From a virus: 64,000 bases of DNA. Positions 1 through 9,056 of the stretch are shown in pieces. The notes under the pieces are model-generated. The model did no database searches and had not been told where the DNA came from. It saw nothing but the letters and a program-made list of their open reading frames with translations. The position numbers and the translations under genes were made by a program. The stretch spans positions 4,955-68,954 of the IMG/VR virus record IMGVR_UViG_3300020595_000028. One strand, 5' to 3'. The first letter of the stretch is position 1. The number at the start of each line of letters is the position of its first letter.

Positions 1-3000
1 GGTCTTGAAGTTCAGGTATAGCCAGGAACTCAGGGTCGTTAACAGTACGTTTAGCGATTTCATCGTATAGACGTTGTTTCTTAGATGTCTGTAAAACGTT
101 AGACAACTCAGCTGACGCCCTATCACCAGTAGATAAAGAGATAATCTGCGCCCCAGAGGAACTAGCATCATTCTCAATCATCATCTTGGTTTTGTACTGT
201 CGAAGCTTTCTAACTTCAGCAGTAGTATAGAGTGTCTTATCTAAAGGTACTTTACCTTCCATGTGTCGGTGTATACGAGTATACTCTAACGCAAGACGAG
301 CAAGCTTGCCCACCTCAACATCCTCTGTAGCAGCTACAAGGGAGTTAGATAGGAACTCTTTGATACGTCTGTCTGGCTGAGTAGTACTCATCATCAGGTT
401 GCCAATTTCTAGAAGGTTCTTTTCTTCAGCTTTAAAAGCATTGAGACGACCTTTAACAGTCAGAGTGTCTAGGGGGCTACCAATCAAGGCACCAATCTGT
501 GTCTGCAGTTCTTCTACAGCATCAGGGTTAATTGATACTGGTTTAGCTGTGTTTAAGAACGGACGGACTGCTTCACCCTTAGTAGGTGTAAGTAGTCCAC
601 GGTGATAAACACGACCACGGAAGTCAACAGAAACATCAACAGAGAAAGATTGATTACGTTGCCTATAGTACTTAGCTGTAGCTAAAACACCACGACCATC
701 ATTCCCACGAGACATGAATAGTTTCTTCATCTCGTTTACAGAGTCCCACTTAGCGGCTTCACCTCGTTTATCATTAAAGTATATAAGACGTTCTGTGAAG
801 TCAAAGAACTCAGGGTCAACCTCATACTTAACAGAGTTAGCATGGTTCATCATCTGAGCCATACCTCTATCAATCTGATTAGGGTCGTAGTCGGCATAAA
901 CCTTTTCTGAGACTACAGGCATCTTAGTCTTACGACCACGAGCATCATAGAACTCTTTAGAGCCAGCCCTAGCATAAACCTTATTACGATTATCTGCATA
1001 ACCAAAGCGTCGAGCAATACGAGCCTTTTCCGCAGCAATCTGTAGCTGTTTCATAGGGCCGTTAATGATGCTGATTTGACGAGTAACATTAACACCACGC
1101 AGGGACTTATCACCGATAGGTCTGCCTGTGTTCAAGTCTTTAGGAGAAGAGGTTCCAATGTCACGAATGACTGTAGTTCTAATCATGCCCTGTTTCTCAA
1201 GGGAGTTGATTATTCTACTACCGTCTTTGTGGAACTCTTTGAGTCCCTTCGAGCGGAATGGGTTTAAATCACCTAGTTCTTCGTCGAACATCTGACCAAT
1301 CTTAATAGCCAACATGTCATAATCAGCACCTTCAGCTGTAGCAATAGACTGCATAGCCTTGGAAGTAGCTTTAGTAACTTTGTCCTTGAGTGTTTCTTTT
1401 GCTGTCTTTCTTTTTCTAGCAAATAAAAACTCTCTATCAAGTAACTCTCGTTTAACGCCTCTATACTTGGCAATCTGTTCAGTAAACCAAGAGTCAGAAG
1501 GTGTCTTCTTTTCAAAAAGCTTTTCTAACTTACGCTTAGTCTTTACACCGGGGATTGCGGTAATGAGCTTTGCCTTTAGTTCTTTGGCAGAAGGATAGCG
1601 TTTAATAATAGGTTGCGTGTAAGCAGCAATAGGTGCCTTAACATTAAAATAGGCTTTGTTAGCCAGTTTAGCGCCGTAAGTCCCTTGCCAAGTCTCAATA
1701 TAGCGGTTATCAGCAATCTGAGAATCAATAAGTTCAGAGATTGTGTAGCGCTTATTCAGAATAAATACTTCAGGGTCATTAGCTAACTTAGTAGTTAGGC
1801 CACCGAATAACTTACCTCTATCCGCAGAACGGTTAAACATAAGTGTACCTAAGTCCTGAACAGAGTTCAAAGTAAACTTGCGGAATACAGAAGTAGGCTT
1901 GCCCCAAGGTTCACCAGAGTTATTAGAGCGTGTAAACGTTTGGCGTAACACATCAGTAACAACAGAACGCTGGTTGATAGAAACATCACGACCTAAGTCT
2001 TTAACAAATTTGTCGATGTACTTCTTTTGTTGACTTGTGAGTACAGTACTCTCAGCAACTTTAGCAAGACGCTCAGCTAGAATGTCAGGTTCTTGAATCT
2101 GAATATGACGGCCAGCACCACTAGTATAGTCAGCACCCTCTGCATTGAACACAGCACCTTCACGATTAGACTTAAATGAACGCCTACTGCCTTGCTTCTG
2201 AGACAAAGAGTTTCCTTTGAAGTCAGTCAAAGCAAGTGCCTGAGAGTTCTCAGCAGCATCGTTCTTAAAGTGCGCACGAAGGGCAGCAGTGTGAGCTTTA
2301 GAAGCCATTAACTCTTCAGGAGTAGAGAACCCTAGAGTAATGTTACTTTCGTTATCAGCTGTAGGGCGTTTAACAGTTGTGTTAGCACGACGCATTAGAC
2401 CACGAATAGACAAAGCTTTACCAGCAGGGGAAACAAACTCAGAGGCTTTTAGTTTTCCACGTTGGAAAAGAGAAGCTTGACGTTCACCACCTAGTTGTTT
2501 AATCTGTACATCTGTAGACTGACGACGTAGCCAGCTTGTGTAGTCTTTAATCTTTGAAGGTTGGCCTGTTAGTTCTGAAGGATTAATGTTCTTCAGGTTA
2601 CGAGCTTTAATGTTCTTAGAGTTAACTTGTTCTAGTTCTTCTTTACTCTTAACAACAGGCACCAAGGTAGAACGACAGTTCCAGTGTAAAGGGGGCTGAT
2701 AACGCTTGTCATCAATCTTATACACTTGGCCGTTATGATGAGTACAGATTGGGCTTGTCTTACCATCTAGGATGGCAGTGAACATGTAGCCAGAAAGTAC
2801 TTCAGCGTTAGCTTCCATAACTTGATTCATAGCATCTGTCTGTGTTGTAGTAATAGAGGTTCTAGTCAGTGTCCTAGCTTGGTGCTCAGTAATCTTAGTT
2901 GTCTTCAAAACATCTGCGATGATTTCATTCTGAGTTAAACCTTTAGCTAAACCGCCTTTAACTTTAGTCTGGATACGGACCAGTTCACCAGAGCCAATAT

Positions 3001-3373
3001 TCTTCATATTGCCTTTTAGTGTGCGTGAGCCTTTAATCTGTGGTCCAGTTATTTCTGCCAATAGCTCTTTAGTCTTTGGCTTTTGTGTTCTATAGAACTT
3101 CTTAATTTCAGAATCAAGATTGTTCTTATGAAAGACCTTCTGTGAGTTGGAGAACTCTGACAAACTCTTAGAAGTATGAGCTTGGAGTTCTTTAGTGAAG
3201 CGTGTTACTTCGGGTTTCACATTGGCTCGTATATCCCCTTTCAGGAGGTCTTTTAAATTATTTCTATGCTGTTTAAGGATTGTACGGTTGCCCTTCTGGA
3301 CACCATTTTCATATAGACGGACGTCGCCAGCATGGTCAACAATCCTGTCAAATATCTTTTCGTTAATAGACAT
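1..3373 (-). CDS. MuF/SPP1 gp7-like head morphogenesis domain fused to a T7-like single-subunit RNA polymerase (3'-truncated by window edge; >=1124 aa)
   Basis: Manually translated: ATG at 3373 after GGAGAG RBS, no in-frame stop down to base 2. N-terminal MuF motifs ARTLTRTS, FTAILDGKTSPIC, PPLHWNCRSTLVP (~2660-2790), WLRRQS..Q..LG. C-terminal RNAP motifs VDFRGRVY (605-628) and motif A NDASSSGAQIISLSTGD (122-172). Confidence 0.88.
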   Translation of the reverse strand, partial: MSINEKIFDRIVDHAGDVRLYENGVQKGNRTILKQHRNNLKDLLKGDIRANVKPEVTRFTKELQAHTSKSLSEFSNSQKVFHKNNLDSEIKKFYRTQKPKTKELLAEITGPQIKGSRTLKGNMKNIGSGELVRIQTKVKGGLAKGLTQNEIIADVLKTTKITEHQARTLTRTSITTTQTDAMNQVMEANAEVLSGYMFTAILDGKTSPICTHHNGQVYKIDDKRYQPPLHWNCRSTLVPVVKSKEELEQVNSKNIKARNLKNINPSELTGQPSKIKDYTSWLRRQSTDVQIKQLGGERQASLFQRGKLKASEFVSPAGKALSIRGLMRRANTTVKRPTADNESNITLGFSTPEELMASKAHTAALRAHFKNDAAENSQALALTDFKGNSLSQKQGSRRSFKSNREGAVFNAEGADYTSGAGRHIQIQEPDILAERLAKVAESTVLTSQQKKYIDKFVKDLGRDVSINQRSVVTDVLRQTFTRSNNSGEPWGKPTSVFRKFTLNSVQDLGTLMFNRSADRGKLFGGLTTKLANDPEVFILNKRYTISELIDSQIADNRYIETWQGTYGAKLANKAYFNVKAPIAAYTQPIIKRYPSAKELKAKLITAIPGVKTKRKLEKLFEKKTPSDSWFTEQIAKYRGVKRELLDREFLFARKRKTAKETLKDKVTKATSKAMQSIATAEGADYDMLAIKIGQMFDEELGDLNPFRSKGLKEFHKDGSRIINSLEKQGMIRTTVIRDIGTSSPKDLNTGRPIGDKSLRGVNVTRQISIINGPMKQLQIAAEKARIARRFGYADNRNKVYARAGSKEFYDARGRKTKMPVVSEKVYADYDPNQIDRGMAQMMNHANSVKYEVDPEFFDFTERLIYFNDKRGEAAKWDSVNEMKKLFMSRGNDGRGVLATAKYYRQRNQSFSVDVSVDFRGRVYHRGLLTPTKGEAVRPFLNTAKPVSINPDAVEELQTQIGALIGSPLDTLTVKGRLNAFKAEEKNLLEIGNLMMSTTQPDRRIKEFLSNSLVAATEDVEVGKLARLALEYTRIHRHMEGKVPLDKTLYTTAEVRKLRQYKTKMMIENDASSSGAQIISLSTGDRASAELSNVLQTSKKQRLYDEIAKRTVNDPEFLAIPELQD

Positions 3374-3412
3374 TAGTCTCTCCATTACTATACTTCGTGG
3401 ATGTAGGTGGAA

Positions 3413-3437
3413 GGCACCCCCGCCGAAGCGGGAGTCC
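3413..3437 (-). terminator. GC-rich UUCG hairpin between portal and MuF-RNAP gene (weak U-tract; attenuator or processing site)
   Basis: Minus strand GGACTCCCGC-TTCG-GCGGGGGTGCC. Confidence 0.45.
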
Positions 3438-3525
3438 TTTTATTTGGTGCTAATTAGAGAATTGAACTCTTCTTCTCTGTGGTATGACGCCTGTGATACC
3501 TTTGAGACCGCGAACCTGCGTTAGC

Positions 3526-5100
3526 TTATTCTTCGTCTAACTTAAGTTCATCTTCTTTTAGCTCTGGGTTAGCAACTAAAGGGTCAGTCTGAATCGCTTG
3601 GATAGCCTCTTCATCGTCGTAGTCAGCAGGTAGGAAGTCATTGTACTTCGCAATGTTGACAAACGTATCACGAGAAATAATACCACCTTGGTACCATTCA
3701 GATACAAGACGCATAGCACCTTCGCCACCAACAGTAGCTGCAAAGTCAGCAGAGAGTTGGAATTCGATGTCGTTACCTGTGTAGTCCGTGTCATACTTCC
3801 AGTTTATCATAAAGGCTAGAATCTCTTGCATAGTACCAGAAATCTTAGCGTTCATTGTACCTAACTGAGCAGTCTGAGAAGCGTTACGAATCTCTAGAGC
3901 AACACCTGAAGCGGCTTGTTCTGGAGACAACATGCGGATACCCATCTTGGCCATCTCTTCGACGGTAGATTGAATAGCACGGTCCATATCCGCTAAAGCC
4001 CCCGTAGGTGTTTCTAGCACAGTAATGGATTCGTCTTTGCGAACACGGAGCCAAGTACCAAGACCTGCGCCGACTAGTTCTTCAAACTCTTCGTCAGTCA
4101 TGTCAGACTGCACCACTGGTGTATAGGTGGCCGCACCGTATAGTAGGTGGTTACGACGAGACACTTTGTTGTAGAGTGATACTTCTCTGTCAATCAATGG
4201 CATAAGCACTGGCTCAACAGGCTCAAGTTGCCCATTCAAAGGGAACGCGGGAACGCGGTCCAGACGCTGACCAAACTTCATTGGGTATACTGTGTCATAC
4301 AACTGGAAGCCACCATCAGCGGAGTCTTCGTACTCTTGTTGAATAACACCGTTAAGTGCTTCTACTTCGTGAGAGCCATGAGACTTCTTGTAGTAGTCAA
4401 GAACCAAGAAACCCTGTTCATCAAGGTAGTGGTCACAAACAGTATCTACATAGTTAGGGTGCCAAGGATTATCATCGCTGTATTCTTCGCTGATATAACG
4501 AGTAGTCCAACGGCTAAGAGTCTTAACACGAGTAACTGGGTGAGTCTTAACCTGTACGTTAATAACATTCTCTGCTTTAATCAGAACAGGATAAGGAGAA
4601 ATAGTCATACGCTCTTCAGGAGTCATATTCTCTAGTTCATCGTCTGATACTGTTGGACGGTCAATGTAGACCCAAGCACGAGAAGTTTGTAGCTCTTCCC
4701 AGATAGCAGCATCCAAGAAGTTAAACAAAGAAGCACCATCAAGAGTAATATCCTTAGTAATCCAATCATAAGCATCTTCACTAAGTTCTTCAGGGAGAGT
4801 CAAGGTTGATGGTTTACGTAGCAAAGCACTAATCAGCACACGAGCATACTGAGTTGTTAGACCCGGAAGCTCTGCTTCTGATTTATAAAAGTCATACTGT
4901 GGTTGTGACATACTAGGAGAGAAGGGTAGTAGCAAGTTAGAGTAATCACGCTCGATATACTCATCATGTGCTTTAGCGTGGGCTTCACCCTGCAGTACTG
5001 CGCGAGCTTTCTTCCATAATGGTTTTAGTGACAAGTACGAAGCACTGGGGGTCTCTACACCACGCTTCTGTGTATTAGCAGCTGTTTTAACTAGCGACAT
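3526..5100 (-). CDS. Portal protein (DUF4055-like siphovirus portal)
   Basis: 524 aa; directly upstream of MuF; motifs SGVALEIRNASQTAQL and WYQGGIISRDTF typical of this portal family. Confidence 0.8.
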   Translation of the reverse strand: MSLVKTAANTQKRGVETPSASYLSLKPLWKKARAVLQGEAHAKAHDEYIERDYSNLLLPFSPSMSQPQYDFYKSEAELPGLTTQYARVLISALLRKPSTLTLPEELSEDAYDWITKDITLDGASLFNFLDAAIWEELQTSRAWVYIDRPTVSDDELENMTPEERMTISPYPVLIKAENVINVQVKTHPVTRVKTLSRWTTRYISEEYSDDNPWHPNYVDTVCDHYLDEQGFLVLDYYKKSHGSHEVEALNGVIQQEYEDSADGGFQLYDTVYPMKFGQRLDRVPAFPLNGQLEPVEPVLMPLIDREVSLYNKVSRRNHLLYGAATYTPVVQSDMTDEEFEELVGAGLGTWLRVRKDESITVLETPTGALADMDRAIQSTVEEMAKMGIRMLSPEQAASGVALEIRNASQTAQLGTMNAKISGTMQEILAFMINWKYDTDYTGNDIEFQLSADFAATVGGEGAMRLVSEWYQGGIISRDTFVNIAKYNDFLPADYDDEEAIQAIQTDPLVANPELKEDELKLDEE

Positions 5101-5234
5101 ATTATTACCTCATTAAGTAGTTAATCAGGCATGATGCCTTTATGTTGTTGTTGTATAGTTATTATATTAAAAGATACCCAATAACAAAGGTATCCTTAAA
5201 TATAATTATAGTTATATTATAGGGGAGACTGGGG

Positions 5235-5253
5235 TCATTATTCCGCCCTATTT
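5235..5253 (-). promoter_or_regulatory. Class II phage promoter-like repeat AAT(A/G)GGGCGGAATAATGA, upstream of portal
   Basis: 14-nt core GGGCGGAATAATGA identical at 5235, 5346, 29272, 40196 and 50818, always upstream of minus-strand operons. Confidence 0.75.
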
Positions 5254-5261
5254 TTTCCGAT

Positions 5262-5340
5262 AAAAAGAAGGTAAGCCTGCTAGGTAATCCCAGCAGACTT
5301 TCTTGATTCGAGGACTGTCAGACTTGAGAGCCTGTCCCCT
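5262..5340 (-). ncRNA. Candidate ~80-nt two-hairpin small RNA between tandem class II promoters
   Basis: Begins just after promoter 5346. Stem1 GGGGAC/GTCCTC encloses AGGCT/AGTCT; stem2 AAGTCTGCTGGG-ATTA-CCTAGCAGGCTT is followed by a U-rich tail. Confidence 0.4.
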
Positions 5341-5345
5341 TATTA

Positions 5346-5364
5346 TCATTATTCCGCCCTATTT
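5346..5364 (-). promoter_or_regulatory. Class II phage promoter-like repeat, just after endolysin stop
   Basis: AAATAGGGCGGAATAATGAT. Confidence 0.75.
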
Positions 5365-5365
5365 A

Positions 5366-5911
5366 TTATTTTTTTGGAATCTCAAAGTGAGGTCCGTCAA
5401 TAAATGGTTTTCGTCCTTGTTTTCTTCGAGTTGCCACATAATCATGGTTAGCCTCTTCAGCGTCCTTGTCATTTAACAAATGAGTCCAAGCTGCACCCCA
5501 ACGGATGGTAACATCCAACTCACGGGCAGCCTCTGCGAAGGCTTGAGCGATAGTAATGTAGTGTTCTAAGTCCCAAGTTACCTCACCATCCACATAAGCA
5601 ACTACGTCGATAGCCATACCGTCTTGGTGACGAGAATAACGTACCTGTGTCTTGCCTGTAGCTAGAAGTTGGTTCTGTTCATGCTGTGTACGTAGACCGC
5701 AAGTAATCCCGAAGTCAATCGAGCTATACGTGAGGGCTAAGCGTGCTACTGCTACAAGGCTCTCGTTTACATCGACAAGTTTAACCTCAGAGCGATTCCC
5801 AAACTTCCAGCCATAGGTTTCAACTGGAGTAATACCTTTTAGGTAGCTTGGGGCTGTATCGTCTTTACTGAACATAGAAGTCAGTTTATCTTGTAATTTT
5901 GTAAACTTCAT
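5366..5911 (-). CDS. Endolysin, M15 family L-Ala-D-Glu peptidase
   Basis: GLRT..EQ..L, SRH.DG.A.D and DGPHFE zinc-peptidase motifs. Confidence 0.85.
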   Translation of the reverse strand: MKFTKLQDKLTSMFSKDDTAPSYLKGITPVETYGWKFGNRSEVKLVDVNESLVAVARLALTYSSIDFGITCGLRTQHEQNQLLATGKTQVRYSRHQDGMAIDVVAYVDGEVTWDLEHYITIAQAFAEAARELDVTIRWGAAWTHLLNDKDAEEANHDYVATRRKQGRKPFIDGPHFEIPKK

Positions 5912-5912
5912 T

Positions 5913-6305
5913 TTATTGTTTCCACTTATCTACCATCTTCTCACCAGAGCGACCAACGATATAACCACCAACACCAATTTGTAGAAGGTTCCACAGTTCA
6001 GCAGGCAAGTCAATGGCGTAGTCAGAACCTACAAAAAGGTTCAGTACAGGGAAGAACAAGTAGTTCATAGCTACGATTGCGATGATAACCATCATCAATA
6101 GAGGACGCCAAGTAGCAGTCAACCAGTGACCAGACTTAGCTTCTTCCAGAACAATCTTACCACGAAGTGATTCAAGACTGTCTGTATGTTCTAGTAGAGC
6201 TAGTTTAATCTCTTTCTCTACATCCATGCTCTTGTCACCGTCGGGGATAAGGCGTTTAACCAAATCCCCAACGATGGGAGCAAGTACTGTTATTAGTGCG
6301 CCCAT
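5913..6305 (-). CDS. Holin, GTA-type 3TM family
   Basis: WRPLLM..., LWNLLQIGVGGYIVGRSGEK; adjacent to endolysin. Confidence 0.8.
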   Translation of the reverse strand: MGALITVLAPIVGDLVKRLIPDGDKSMDVEKEIKLALLEHTDSLESLRGKIVLEEAKSGHWLTATWRPLLMMVIIAIVAMNYLFFPVLNLFVGSDYAIDLPAELWNLLQIGVGGYIVGRSGEKMVDKWKQ

Positions 6306-6327
6306 AATTTTCTCCTATGTTTATTAT

Positions 6328-6543
6328 TTATGATAAAGCCTCTAGTTTATCTCGGATAGCAAGCAAAAGCTCACCATCTTCTGGCCCAGAGTAAGCACTG
6401 TTGAGCACCAAGGCGTAGTCGCCTACATTCTGGAAAAGGCCTTCTGCGAGTTCTTCAAACACCTTAAATGAAACATTGGTAATGTTTGTCTCGTGGTTAG
6501 AACTCATATTTTTTACACGAATAGTCTTGTTGGTTAAATCCAT
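6328..6543 (-). CDS. Hypothetical protein
   Basis: ORF with RBS in the tail operon. Confidence 0.55.
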   Translation of the reverse strand: MDLTNKTIRVKNMSSNHETNITNVSFKVFEELAEGLFQNVGDYALVLNSAYSGPEDGELLLAIRDKLEALS

Positions 6544-6558
6544 TGAGTTTTCCTTTAG

Positions 6559-7134
6559 TTAGGCGTACCGCCAAACGTTCAAAGTCCAATCTACGTCTAC
6601 GATTGGAGTTATTAGGTTAGTTGTATCAAAAAGGTTCATCCTAGCCCTCATGTTTCCTGATAAGGAGCCTCGCTCATTTCTAGTAGCAGTACTGTGACTA
6701 CTAGATACTTGTTCCCACATGTTAGTGTTTAGCTTTAGAATGAGCTTGGTTTGCGTAATCCCTGCAGTTAAGAAGGTTACAGCAACATCAACAGGACCTG
6801 CAGCGGAGACGCCTATCTGAAGGGGGGTGGAGAGTGGCATCATGGCCCCGTTGTAAGAATCAACAAAGTTAGCATTCTGTACTTCTGTTAGAGAAGCTCT
6901 TAGTTGGATTACGTCTTTAGTAGTGTCGATAGTTGTACCTAAAGAAATTCTAACTTCTTGGTCGAAGTAACTTGTCCAGACTTTCTGAGTTTGTCCGGTG
7001 GGTTGGTTTGGAACCCTAACGTTTGTACCACTTTGAGTGTAGCGCAGGTACATTAACCTGTCGTCGCCGTTGAACTTGGTAGTACCAACAGCATTTGTTA
7101 TTTCAACTTGACTTGCAGTTACTTTGAGAGTCAT
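6559..7134 (-). CDS. Putative tail-tip/receptor-binding accessory protein
   Basis: Beta-rich; N-terminus resembles that of 7131..8030 (N.VG...F..D.); follows tail tip genes. Confidence 0.5.
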   Translation of the reverse strand: MTLKVTASQVEITNAVGTTKFNGDDRLMYLRYTQSGTNVRVPNQPTGQTQKVWTSYFDQEVRISLGTTIDTTKDVIQLRASLTEVQNANFVDSYNGAMMPLSTPLQIGVSAAGPVDVAVTFLTAGITQTKLILKLNTNMWEQVSSSHSTATRNERGSLSGNMRARMNLFDTTNLITPIVDVDWTLNVWRYA

Positions 7135-8030
7135 GGTGTCACCGCCAAATCAACACCTACAGGGTCGCCGTATAGCACTAGGTGTGGGGTTGAACTTGAC
7201 CAAGGGATAACTTCACTACCTACTCTTGATAGTATTCTACTACGGCGGTTAACTCCGTAATTTATTGAACCACCATTTTTTTGGTCATGCCAGCTGTAGC
7301 TTGTGCTTCGTATATCAGGGAAGTTTACTCGGAAAGTTTGCCCTGAACCGACTACTTGCGCTAAATCAGAAGATTCTATGGTATACCCCGCATGACAACC
7401 CATGACATAGTTGAGACTGCTCGTAACCATATAAGTGTATGCTTCAAGGCCGAAGTACACACCAAGGGTATCGCTAGTCTCATCAGACTGCGCTGTAAAA
7501 CTATGTCTACTCGAACCATTAGTAGAGGCCCACATAACTGTGTAGTCCTCAACATCGTTTTTATTCATGTCTCGTAGAGTATAACTATTCATTCCAATAG
7601 GGAATGTAAGTACCAACTCCCGCCCCGCAGCAGGGGCACGGTAAGGGTCGTTCACAACTGCTTTTGCAGGCACGTAGTTAAAGAAGTTAGCTCGTGTTAA
7701 AGCCCCGTTGGGAATCCCTAAACCTGCATTAGAGAAATTACGATAAACATTGGTAGAAAGACCGTAAGAGCTAGGTGCCGAGACAAACTTCATGTTCCCC
7801 GAAGGGTCAAACCCCACTGCGTTTGCGACAGAGTGTGTTGATTGGTAGTTACCTGTGTTGTCGTTTCTTACAGGGACGTTGCGGCTTTGTCTTCGATAGC
7901 CAGCAAATTTGAAATTCCCTGACGATGTTGTTTTTACGTATTTGTCGTTGGAGTCAAAGGTGACCCCTCCAACGTTATTTCTTGTTCTAATCCTGTTAGA
8001 CTCGATTTGAATTCTATCAACCAAGGACAT
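7131..8030 (-). CDS. Putative tail-tip/receptor-binding protein
   Basis: Ser/Thr/Asn-rich, position after central tail tip. Confidence 0.5.
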   Translation of the reverse strand: MSLVDRIQIESNRIRTRNNVGGVTFDSNDKYVKTTSSGNFKFAGYRRQSRNVPVRNDNTGNYQSTHSVANAVGFDPSGNMKFVSAPSSYGLSTNVYRNFSNAGLGIPNGALTRANFFNYVPAKAVVNDPYRAPAAGRELVLTFPIGMNSYTLRDMNKNDVEDYTVMWASTNGSSRHSFTAQSDETSDTLGVYFGLEAYTYMVTSSLNYVMGCHAGYTIESSDLAQVVGSGQTFRVNFPDIRSTSYSWHDQKNGGSINYGVNRRSRILSRVGSEVIPWSSSTPHLVLYGDPVGVDLAVTP

Positions 8031-8514
8031 ACACCTTTACTGTAATTGTTGTTGCGGGCATGTTTGTGGTAGATGCCATCCCTATTGATGTCAGCTGTAT
8101 TGAACTGCCACTGTTGCTTGCATAAATTTGTCTATTCCAAGCAGTTCCACTCGCCACAACCACTGAGTCAGGGGAAACTTCAGAGTTATACTCTAACAGC
8201 AAAGACAAAGGGTTGGAGACCGAGGAAGTTCCAAGGGTTTCTGATTGAACCTTCGGAGTGGCAATAGCAATGTTGTAAGTATTACAGGAGCCACCATCGA
8301 TGGTGTTTACATTCCTGGCATAAGCAGGGAAAGTTACAGTACCTGATATCTCGTCTTGGATATCTAGATAGTTTAACGCTGAGTGGAATCTAATTTTATT
8401 TAAATCTGCGGTTGGGTCTGCGCAGAGGGTTTCTAACGCAGCACCTGTAACGGAACTATCAACAATCATAAGATTACCGGAGGAACCGCTCGTGTAGAGT
8501 GTTCTAGTTACCAT
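8017..8514 (-). CDS. Putative tail protein
   Basis: Operon position; Thr/Ser-rich. Confidence 0.5.
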   Translation of the reverse strand: MVTRTLYTSGSSGNLMIVDSSVTGAALETLCADPTADLNKIRFHSALNYLDIQDEISGTVTFPAYARNVNTIDGGSCNTYNIAIATPKVQSETLGTSSVSNPLSLLLEYNSEVSPDSVVVASGTAWNRQIYASNSGSSIQLTSIGMASTTNMPATTITVKVYVLG

Positions 8515-9046
8515 AGTTATAGTACCTCACATTGTTGTAATTATTTAAGTAGGTGGAGCTACGGCGAGTAGATAGCTCACCTCTGTGATGACAAAGAATG
8601 AAATCTAAACTCTCAAAGACGCAGATGTGGGTTGCCCCGTTGCTGTCTTCGTAGGTAGCGATTGAGTGTTGTTGAGGGTTGTCAATAGAGACAAATCCCC
8701 AGTCCACTAATTTAGAAACTTGGTAGCCATAGGTGTACCCCTCTAGGTATTCTCTGAAGGTAAGGGCGAGCAAGGTTTGCTCAAGAGTAGAGTTGTAGAC
8801 ACCGTCTAGATAGCGAGAGCAAAGCAAGACGCAATCATTGCGCCTCACCTTGTAAGTCTTTCCGAGAAGGTTGTTCGGAGAGGGTATGATTTGAACTTTA
8901 CGCTCAAAATTATTTAAGTAAATAACACCCTCTCCTAACACGTTTGAGAGCGTGTATTCACCATCCTCTTTTAGCAACAACTCTCCATTAAACACTGTAA
9001 ACTTTGTGTTCAATGGGAGTGCGTTTAATTCTTGATAGCTATGCAC
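8504..9046 (-). CDS. NlpC/P60-like tail assembly protein (lambda gpK-like); likely GTG start at 9046
   Basis: LLGKTY....DC..LC..Y and THICVF...ILCHH motifs; GGGG RBS before GTG. Confidence 0.6.
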   Translation of the reverse strand: MHSYQELNALPLNTKFTVFNGELLLKEDGEYTLSNVLGEGVIYLNNFERKVQIIPSPNNLLGKTYKVRRNDCVLLCSRYLDGVYNSTLEQTLLALTFREYLEGYTYGYQVSKLVDWGFVSIDNPQQHSIATYEDSNGATHICVFESLDFILCHHRGELSTRRSSTYLNNYNNVRYYNYGN

Positions 9047-9056
9047 TGTGTACCCC

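Noticed and set aside
1-3373. MuF polymorphic toxin interpretation
   Set aside because: The visible C-terminal extension carries RNAP motifs rather than a short toxin domain; the unseen far C-terminus cannot be judged.
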